NCBI RefSeq assembly: GCF_000737315.1
Contig: NZ_JMCB01000006.1
Coordinates: 973,820 to 1,037,819, forward strand
Direction of reading: 5' to 3'
Source of the DNA: Hyalangium minutum
GTDB lineage: Bacteria > Myxococcota > Myxococcia > Myxococcales > Myxococcaceae
Length of the DNA stretch: 64,000 nucleotides
Shown: piece after piece, positions 40,165 through 47,304 of the stretch
How the letters are laid out: each line of letters starts with the position of its first letter
Numbering within the stretch: position 1 is the stretch's first letter
Made by a program: the position numbers and the translations under genes
Notes under the pieces: generated by a model
Database searches by the model: none
Told to the model about the DNA's origin: nothing
Seen by the model: only the letters and a program-made list of their open reading frames with translations

Positions 40165-40902
40165 ATGACGCAAGAGATGAAGGGACTGCTGCTGGAGGAC
40201 CGCTGGGCGCCTGTCACCTCGACGATGGGCTTTCTGGAGCTGGGGGCGGAGCAGGCGGCGCAAGCCTTCGCCACGTGGGAGAGAGAGGTGATGACGCCCC
40301 GTGGCATCACCGTGGAGGTGCTCCCCGTCTCGGGCACCTTGGAGCAAGCCCTCTCCAGCCTGCTGCCTCTGATCAGTGGGGAGAGGCGGCGGCGCCTGTT
40401 CATCCCGACGCGCAGCGCCTGGACAGCCTACGTCGCCGACCAGTGGACTGGGACGGATGCCGCCAGCCCCATGAGCGCCATGGCCCAGAGGCTAGGCATC
40501 CGGTGTCTGCGGGTGGTCGCCGTGCCCCACACGCTGCGCGGGAACCAAGGCCGCTATGGTGCCGTCATGCTGGATGTGTACGGCCCGAAGCAGCCGGGGA
40601 AACTCCACAACTATGTGCGCGCCCTGGGCGCTTCCAATGATGGAGGCCGCTGGGTCTTCAGCAATGTGGGTGAGCCCTTTCCCTTCGAGCAGGTGGAGAG
40701 GTATCAGGCGCGCCGGGTGACGGACCGCTTCACCTTCGAGATGCTCAAGGACTATCTGCGCCACCTGGGGCTGGCTCCCTTCGACGAGGACTTCTACATG
40801 CCTCCCGGCTCCTGCGCGTGGCTCCTCCAAAAAACAGGCCCCTTCGGCACCGTCATGCGGGAGTACACGCTGGAGGAGGCCCGCGCCGCCCACGTGTTGT
40901 GA
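40165..40902 (+). CDS. Putative immunity protein (copy 2)
   Basis: Paralogue of 27853-28590, starting 10 nt after the toxin stop. Confidence 0.75.
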   Translation: MTQEMKGLLLEDRWAPVTSTMGFLELGAEQAAQAFATWEREVMTPRGITVEVLPVSGTLEQALSSLLPLISGERRRRLFIPTRSAWTAYVADQWTGTDAASPMSAMAQRLGIRCLRVVAVPHTLRGNQGRYGAVMLDVYGPKQPGKLHNYVRALGASNDGGRWVFSNVGEPFPFEQVERYQARRVTDRFTFEMLKDYLRHLGLAPFDEDFYMPPGSCAWLLQKTGPFGTVMREYTLEEARAAHVL

Positions 40903-41163
40903 CGCACCCCAGACGGAGGACTGTCTTCGCGGCGCGCCCGGACGGCAGCCATGGTCGCCGCGTTGGAGTGCGCACCCAAGCCCACTACGCCTTCGCGAGG
41001 GCGGGACTGCGCCGCAGCAGGCCCGCTCGTGACTGGTACGCCAATTTCGAGGCCTACCTCATGTACGGCCACGTCACTCCTGCCGAATGGAAGGAAGCCG
41101 CCCAGTGGGAGTGGCAGCTCTACAACCTGCCCAGGACGGGCCCCCAAAATGGGTAAGGTCGAA

Positions 41164-41850
41164 TTACTGGATGTTGACTGTGGCGAGCTTGCGGTCCTGG
41201 TGCAGCTCCCAGAACTTCTCGGCGATGGTGGAGGCCTCGAGCGTCGCGTTGCCGGAGTCGAACGGGGTGCCCTTCACGGACGCGAGCACCACCACCTCAC
41301 CCACGTAGACGCCCTCACCGGCGAGCTTCTGGTGGAGCAGGCCCACGGTCTTGTGCTGCGCGGCCTTGGCGACCGCGAGTCCCATCGCATTCCAGGAGAC
41401 GGCCATCGCGTCGACCTGGGGGTCGTAGAACGAGAGGCCACCGCCGGTGACGAGCACCGCGCCCTTCTCCTTCTTCAAGTCGGACAGTGCCTCCTGGACA
41501 CCGGCCACCAGCCCGAGCACCGACACGCCGAGCGGGCCGTTCAGCTCCTCGACGGGTGAGCTCGTCAGGTCCCCCGCTCCACCGGCATAGGCGTTCCAGT
41601 GGAGCACTGCGATGGGCCCCAGCGAGGAGCGCACATCGCGGAGCATCGCGCGCACGGCCTGCGGGTTCGCGAGATCACAGGGAAAGGCCTTCGCGGTGAT
41701 GCCCGCGCTGGAGAGCGCCTCGGCGGCGGCCTTGAGCCGGTCCGCGCTGCGGGCGACGAGCGCGACCGCGAATCCTTCCTTGCCGAACCGGCGTGCCACT
41801 GCGTCAGAGATGCCAGGGCCATGACCACACACGACGAGGGTTCGTTTCAT
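41164..41850 (-). CDS. Short-chain dehydrogenase/reductase
   Basis: VCGHGPGISDAVARRF..VALVARS, LVTGGG, SxAKAA. Confidence 0.88.
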   Translation of the reverse strand: MKRTLVVCGHGPGISDAVARRFGKEGFAVALVARSADRLKAAAEALSSAGITAKAFPCDLANPQAVRAMLRDVRSSLGPIAVLHWNAYAGGAGDLTSSPVEELNGPLGVSVLGLVAGVQEALSDLKKEKGAVLVTGGGLSFYDPQVDAMAVSWNAMGLAVAKAAQHKTVGLLHQKLAGEGVYVGEVVVLASVKGTPFDSGNATLEASTIAEKFWELHQDRKLATVNIQ

Positions 41851-41889
41851 GGCCGGCGGTATAGCACACGCCCTCTGGGGCGGCGGTGA

Positions 41890-43209
41890 TCAGCCCTTGG
41901 AGGGGATGAGGATGAGCTCCTCCTGAGGAGGGATGAGGTACTCGGCGCCGGACTCGGTGACGACGGCCATCTCCTCCACGGAGATCGTCTTGGTCTCGCC
42001 CTCGGTGGGCAACTTCCAGGCGAAGAAGCCATCGAAGGCGAACACCTGTCCGGGGCGGATGATGCGCGCCGAGGTGCCCTTGGCGGGCAGGCCCTTCTGC
42101 GCGCCGGAGAGCGCGGGGCCCACGTCATGCGCCCAGTAGCCCACGGGGTGGCCGGTGCCCCACATGACGAACTCGCTGCCGGCCTCGCGCATCCAGTCGC
42201 GCTGGGCCTTGTCCACGTCCCAGCCGCGAGCGCCGGGCTTGATGGCCGCCAGCGCCACGCGGCTGCCCTTCTTCGCCTTCTCCCACTTCGCGAGCGCCTC
42301 GGGCGAAGGCTTCGTCTCACCGGGGGCGAGCACGTAGGCGAAGCGCTGGATGTCCGTGACCCAGCGCCCCTGCACGGCGATGCCGAAGTCCGTCTGGATG
42401 AAGTCACCGGGCTGGATGACACGGTCCGTGGCGTGCGAGTGCCCGCGGTCCGGGCCCGAGTTGACGTTGGGGTTCTGATCCGGGGCCCAGCCATCGGTGA
42501 CACTGAGCTCGGCCATGCGCCGCTTGAGGAAGCGCGCCACGTCCGAGTCCCGCGTCTTGCCGGGGACCACCTGCCGGTAGGCCTCCTCTTCCAGCTGAGC
42601 GGTGAGGACGGCGGCGCGGCGCATCACCTCCACCTCTTCGGGGAGCTTGATGCTGAGCCACTCGGTGACGAGCTCTTCGGAGGAGACGAGCCGCTGGCGC
42701 AGCGCGGCGGGCAGCGCGGCGGTGAGACGCTTGAGCTGCGAGGAGGACAGCCCATCCGCCACGGACATGTTCTCGGAGAAGTTGAGTGCGATGCGGCGCG
42801 GCTTCGCGCGGCCGAGGTGCTCGGCCATCTGGGCGAAGAGGTCCGTGCCGCGAGGCAGGGAGACCACCTCATCATGGAGGCCCACATCGCGCAGGGCCTT
42901 GGCCTCGCCTTCGGGAGAGAGGGCCACGGAGCGAAGCTGCTCGCCCTGGCGCAGGAAGAGGAAGGCGGCCGGGGCGCTCGCGTTCTCGCCGCCCACGTGG
43001 ACGGCCAGCGGGTCATTGGCGTTCTCGCGGCACACCACCACCCACGCGTCCACGTTGGCGCGCGTCATGGCGGAGGGCAGCAGCTGGCGGACCCGGTGCT
43101 TGCGGACTTCTGCCCAGGAGGGGGCAGGCACGGCGGGGGTCTCCGCTGCTTCCGCGAGGGGAGGGAGGAGGGTGAAGAGGAGGAGGAGCGCGGAGAGGAG
43201 GACTCGCAT
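41890..43209 (-). CDS. Secreted M24 (Xaa-Pro) peptidase
   Basis: Signal peptide, DFIQTDFG, TDIQR, GTGHPVG..AHD, SVEE. Confidence 0.88.
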   Translation of the reverse strand: MRVLLSALLLLFTLLPPLAEAAETPAVPAPSWAEVRKHRVRQLLPSAMTRANVDAWVVVCRENANDPLAVHVGGENASAPAAFLFLRQGEQLRSVALSPEGEAKALRDVGLHDEVVSLPRGTDLFAQMAEHLGRAKPRRIALNFSENMSVADGLSSSQLKRLTAALPAALRQRLVSSEELVTEWLSIKLPEEVEVMRRAAVLTAQLEEEAYRQVVPGKTRDSDVARFLKRRMAELSVTDGWAPDQNPNVNSGPDRGHSHATDRVIQPGDFIQTDFGIAVQGRWVTDIQRFAYVLAPGETKPSPEALAKWEKAKKGSRVALAAIKPGARGWDVDKAQRDWMREAGSEFVMWGTGHPVGYWAHDVGPALSGAQKGLPAKGTSARIIRPGQVFAFDGFFAWKLPTEGETKTISVEEMAVVTESGAEYLIPPQEELILIPSKG

Positions 43210-43336
43210 GGGGGCTCTTCAAAGCAGAGGGGGCCCCAGGGGTCACACGCTTTCTCTCCACAGGTGAGCAGTGGGTGGCTCCTCGGCGCGAGGTTCCAGG
43301 CCGAGGAGCATCTCCCATGCGCTCACGGACGGTGGC

Positions 43337-44041
43337 CTACTTGGCGACGCCCGCCATGACGGGGCGCATCTGGAAGGACTTGAGGTCGAACTGCGTGCCC
43401 GGCTTGCTGTGGCGGGTGATGTCCTGCTGGGCGCGGTTCTGGCTGAGGTCCGTCACCTTGTCGTTCAGGGCGCCGGGGAGGTCGCGCCGGCCCGCGATGC
43501 GCGCCTGATCGCCGAGCAGGTTCCCGGCCTCGGAGTGGGTGATGGTGCCGCGGGCGCGGCCGTTGGCGATCTGGTCGATCTGGCCGGCCTGGCGCTGCGC
43601 GGTCTTGTCGAAGGCGGCGAAGACGTCGCGGCTGGAGTTGCCCTTGGCGCTGTCGATGTTCTGGCCGGCGCGGGCCTGCTCCAGGCCCAGCTTGAGCTTC
43701 TCTCCGAGCGACAGCTGGCCGTCCGCGAGGGCCGTCTTCTGGCTGTTGGCGAGCTTCTGCTGCTCGGCCAGCAAGCCCTGGGCCTCCTTCCCGGTGATGG
43801 AGCCGCTGCGCACGCCGCTGGCGATGTCATTGAGCTGGCTGCCCTGGGTGGTGCGCTGCTGGGCGCCCTGGGACTGCAGCAGCGGGCGCGGAGAGAAGGT
43901 GTCCATGAGGGGCCCAGGCCCCAGCTTCTTGCTGATGTCGGGGGGCAAGGTCGAGGGGCTCTGCGGGGCAAGCGGCTTGGTGAAGTTCTGGAGGTCAGAG
44001 ATCCGGGAGGTGTTCTGGGGGGCGACAGGAGCGAGGCGCAT
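43337..44041 (-). CDS. Hypothetical protein with two helical repeats
   Basis: Pro/Ser-rich N-terminus. Repeats QLNDIASGVRSGSITGKEA and QIDQIANGRARGTITHSEA. GGAC RBS. Confidence 0.65.
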   Translation of the reverse strand: MRLAPVAPQNTSRISDLQNFTKPLAPQSPSTLPPDISKKLGPGPLMDTFSPRPLLQSQGAQQRTTQGSQLNDIASGVRSGSITGKEAQGLLAEQQKLANSQKTALADGQLSLGEKLKLGLEQARAGQNIDSAKGNSSRDVFAAFDKTAQRQAGQIDQIANGRARGTITHSEAGNLLGDQARIAGRRDLPGALNDKVTDLSQNRAQQDITRHSKPGTQFDLKSFQMRPVMAGVAK

Positions 44042-44274
44042 GGGGGAGTCCTTGTGAAGGGCGGCCGGGGTTGGCCAGTCCGTGTGCAGGACCCCTATTG
44101 CACCCCGCATGCCATGAAATGGAGGAGAGCTGCCGACATGGGAGTCCCTGTGGTTTCAGGGACTTGGGACACGGGGGCTCTGGCGATGGGGAGCGGGCTG
44201 GTGAGTGCAGCCACCAAGCCGGAGCACTGACGCGAGTCACCAGTGGTGACTGGAGTCTCAGGCGGCGCGAGCAC

Positions 44275-44600
44275 CTATTTTTTGCGCTGCGGGTAGATCG
44301 TCTCGCCGCGCTTGAGCATGGCGACCAGGGTCTCGATCTTCTTCTTCCGCCCGGCTTCGGTCTTCATCGTGTGGGTCCGGAAGGCGGGGGCGAAACGGTT
44401 CTGCGCGCTGAGCTTCTCGAACATCGCCCTCGCCTTGGGCTCGGCAGCGATCGCGGCCTGAAGCTCGTCGGGGATCCTCATGTCCTTGCCGCTCTTGGAG
44501 GCGCGATCCCAGCGGCCGTCGGCCTTATCAGCGTTGGGACACTCGGCATCACTCCCCCCGTTCCATGCCCTTACCCTTCTGATGCGCCGGCGCGTCGGCA
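44275..44600 (-). pseudogene. YdeI/OmpD-associated protein, N-terminally decayed
   Basis: DGRWDRA...IPDELQAAIAAEPKARAMFEKLSAQNRFA...KTEAGRKKKIE. The upstream part is degenerate. Confidence 0.7.
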
Positions 44601-44687
44601 GCGGCTCGAAACGGGTTGCACGCCCGGAACTTCTCGCAAGAGGATGCGCGCCCGGGCCGCCCATTAGCCACGGCCTTGGAGACACAC

Positions 44688-45371
44688 ATGGTTCGCTGGA
44701 TTCAGGGAGCACTGGTCGGAGTCATTGCGGTGGTGAGCTGTACCGTGATGGGTGGATGCGCCGCCATGCGCGACCAGGGGACAAACGAGCGAATTGCCCG
44801 CATGGTGAGCGAGTACGACGAGGGCATGTCCGCCGCCGAGAGAGTCTCGCCCGACTCGCCCGACGCAGCCGCAAACATCCGAGTGCCCTACCAGCAAGTC
44901 CGCCACTGCCGGGAGGACCACCCGAGCGAGGTCCGGGACTATCCGGAGGTCGAGGTGCAGACCTCCCGCGGCACCAAGACCATCAGACAGATGGCCGATG
45001 AGTGTGCAGAGATGGAGAAGAAGATTCGCGCCCAGCGCTATCGCGGCTGTGGCGAGAGGCGCATCTACCTGACGAGCAATGTGGATGGGACGGGTGCCTG
45101 GACGCGTCCGATTCTCCAGGCGCAGGATGACGACTACATTCCGAAGCCGTGCGACAAGATGGAGGAGGCGTCCCCGCCTCCGCCCAGCAAGGATTTCGAA
45201 TCGGCGCACGCTGGCATCCAAGGCATCTGCGGCCCGACCGCGCGCATCTATTACCAGAAGGAGTGGCAGCACCGGACGAATGCCCTGGGCGTGGCGGTGC
45301 AGCGCCAAGCGAGCGCCACCTGCCGGGTGATCGACGAGACGCGTCCGAAGTGGTGGATGGAGAGCTTCTAG
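44688..45371 (+). CDS. Hypothetical Cys-rich lipoprotein
   Basis: Lipobox VMGGC, with GGAG RBS. Confidence 0.65.
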   Translation: MVRWIQGALVGVIAVVSCTVMGGCAAMRDQGTNERIARMVSEYDEGMSAAERVSPDSPDAAANIRVPYQQVRHCREDHPSEVRDYPEVEVQTSRGTKTIRQMADECAEMEKKIRAQRYRGCGERRIYLTSNVDGTGAWTRPILQAQDDDYIPKPCDKMEEASPPPPSKDFESAHAGIQGICGPTARIYYQKEWQHRTNALGVAVQRQASATCRVIDETRPKWWMESF

Positions 45372-45585
45372 CCCTCAGCGCGAAGCGGCGCTCGCCGAGT
45401 TCGCCGGGGCCAGCTCCAGACTCCAGGGGCCCGGTCCCCGAGGCTCAAAGACCGTCTCCGGCGTCCCCGCGTCCGGAGTCTCCGCCGGGACATGCTCCGC
45501 CGCGCTCTCAAGGGTTCTGCACAGCGCCTCAAAGTCGAAATCTTCAGGTCGTGTCGGCACGAGCCCACTCCTCGCCAGCTGAAAT

Positions 45586-45608
45586 GAGCCTACGTCTAGG
45601 GTAGGCTC
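45586..45608. promoter_or_regulatory. Palindromic operator-like site upstream of the kinase
   Basis: GAGCCTAC-N7-GTAGGCTC, 13 nt before ATG 45622. Confidence 0.45.
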
Positions 45609-45621
45609 CGCGGAGCCCCCC

Positions 45622-46995
45622 ATGGATCGAACTTTGGCGCCCTCTCTGCACCCGGCATTGCTTCCCCCTGGCACCGTGCTGGGGACTTGGCGCGTGGAGC
45701 GCTGGGCCGGCCGAGGGATGTACGGCACGGTCTATCAGGCAGTGCCCGTGGGCGCGGAGCCAGCGGCTCCCGTTGCGCTCAAGGTGGCTTTTCTGCAGGG
45801 AGACCCGCGTTTCGCACGGGAGGTAGAGCTGCTCTCGCGCATGAGCCACCTGCATGTCCCGCGCTTGGTAGGGCATGGAGAGTGGCAGGCCCCCGATGGC
45901 GCCCGTTACCCGTTCATCGCGATGGAGTGGATAGAGGGAGTGCCGCTGTACGACTGGGCGCGGTTGCACCCTGTGTCCTGTCATCACGTGCGGCACTGGC
46001 TGATCCAGCTCGCGCGGGCCCTTGCTTCTCTCCATGCGCAAGGCGGTTTCCATCGCGACGTGAAGGGGGGAAATGTGCTGGTGCGGCGTGCGGACGGCAG
46101 CGCCGTGCTCACCGACTTCGGTACAGGCATCTACGCGGGTGCCACCACCCTGACTCCCCCGAACTTCTACCCGGGCACTCCGGCTTACCAAGCTCCAGAG
46201 AGCGTGTTGTTCGAGCGGCAGTTCAGCGAGGACTTCACGGCCCGTTACCAAGCCAGTCCAGCGGATGACCTCTATGCGTTGGGGGTCACCGCCTGCCGGT
46301 TGCTCACGGGGGAATACCCGGAGATGGGTGAGTTCACCCGGGATGAGCACGGCACGTGGCATCTGGGGGCCGTGCGGCTACCTCCTGCGCTCTTGAAAGG
46401 CCCTCGCGTGGAACCGCGGCTGCGCGCCGTGGTGCTGCGGCTGCTCTCGGTCCACCCCGAGCAGCGTGGCACCGCCGAGGAGTTGGCGGAGGCCCTGGAG
46501 CGGCAGGACGCCTTTGTCGAAGTGCGCGCGGGTCACGTCCTGTCCCGAGCAACCGTGCGGCACTGGCTCCCAGGGGCAGCAGCGGGCTTGCTGCTCGCTC
46601 TGGGCGCTCAATGGATGGCTGCGGAGAGAGCCTCGAAGGAGCACCCCGTCGCTCAGGGCATCACTTCAGAGGTGAGCTCATCGGAGACAGGGCCAGCAAG
46701 GCTCGCAGAGGCCGCTGTGTCTGAGTCCCTGGAACCTGCACCTCCTGACTCCACTCGAGGCGGAGTGACCGACGATCTCCTGCCCGAGCCGTTGCCAGGA
46801 CAGACGCGGCCCGACGAGAAGGGGCGCTGTCCTCGCAAGGGGCAGGTTGCCCTCAACAAGGGGTGCTGGGCAGCGAATGCGGTGGATCGCGAAGGGTGCG
46901 AGGAGCTGGACGGGCAGATGTTCAAGGGCACCTGCTACGTGCCCTTCATGCCTCGCGGGCGCCGCCCCAACAACAGCTCCATGGATAAGCGGTGA
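45622..46995 (+). CDS. Hanks-type Ser/Thr protein kinase (myxobacterial type)
   Basis: GRGMYGTVY, ALK, HRDVKGGN, DFG, GTPAYQAPE, DDLYALG, a TM segment, and a C-terminal Cys motif. Confidence 0.9.
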   Translation: MDRTLAPSLHPALLPPGTVLGTWRVERWAGRGMYGTVYQAVPVGAEPAAPVALKVAFLQGDPRFAREVELLSRMSHLHVPRLVGHGEWQAPDGARYPFIAMEWIEGVPLYDWARLHPVSCHHVRHWLIQLARALASLHAQGGFHRDVKGGNVLVRRADGSAVLTDFGTGIYAGATTLTPPNFYPGTPAYQAPESVLFERQFSEDFTARYQASPADDLYALGVTACRLLTGEYPEMGEFTRDEHGTWHLGAVRLPPALLKGPRVEPRLRAVVLRLLSVHPEQRGTAEELAEALERQDAFVEVRAGHVLSRATVRHWLPGAAAGLLLALGAQWMAAERASKEHPVAQGITSEVSSSETGPARLAEAAVSESLEPAPPDSTRGGVTDDLLPEPLPGQTRPDEKGRCPRKGQVALNKGCWAANAVDREGCEELDGQMFKGTCYVPFMPRGRRPNNSSMDKR

Positions 46996-47033
46996 GGATT
47001 CTCTTCACTCCGCGCGTTGGCTGGCGCCGTCAT

Positions 47034-47057
47034 GCAGTTTACCGCACGGTAAACTGC
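47034..47057. repeat. Perfect 11-bp inverted repeat
   Basis: GCAGTTTACCG-CA-CGGTAAACTGC between convergent genes. Confidence 0.8.
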
Positions 47058-47121
47058 GCGGTCTGAGCATCACCCAAGCGCTCTAGAGCTTCCTACAGTG
47101 CGAGCAAGCGCCCGCTGACTC

Positions 47122-47304
47122 TCAGACTCCCACTTCTTGTGGAGCGTTCCTGGGAAGCTTTTCCTCGGAGGGCGTTTCAGCCTGCTTCGGTGGGTGAGTA
47201 TCCAGCGCCTCAAGGCCGCGGGCCTGCCGCATCCATTGCGGCCAATTACGAATCTCCGCCTTCACGTCCTCTATCTGCGCTTTGAGCCAGCCCGGTTTGC
47301 TCAC
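47122..47304 (-). CDS. 60-aa small protein overlapping the deaminase 3' end
   Basis: GTG start preceded by GAGGAGAG. MSKPGWLKAQIEDVKAEIRNWPQWMRQARG is amphipathic-helix-like. Confidence 0.55.
   Translation of the reverse strand: MSKPGWLKAQIEDVKAEIRNWPQWMRQARGLEALDTHPPKQAETPSEEKLPRNAPQEVGV

Larger units (their letters stand above)
38173..40935 (+). repeat. Right copy of the ~2.77-kb inverted duplication
   Basis: Matches the reverse complement of 27820-30591. Confidence 0.9.
37899..41164. mobile_element. Candidate non-autonomous element carrying a toxin-immunity pair
   Basis: TCGACCTTACCCATT (37899-37913) and AATGGGTAAGGTCGA (41148-41162) form a perfect 15-bp IR. TACTGGAT is directly repeated at 37892-37899 and 41165-41172. 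Confidence 0.6.

Noticed and set aside
45375-45575. Small minus-strand ORF (ARSGLVPTRPEDFDFEALC...)
   Set aside because: No clear start or RBS and no recognisable family, so it cannot be supported.
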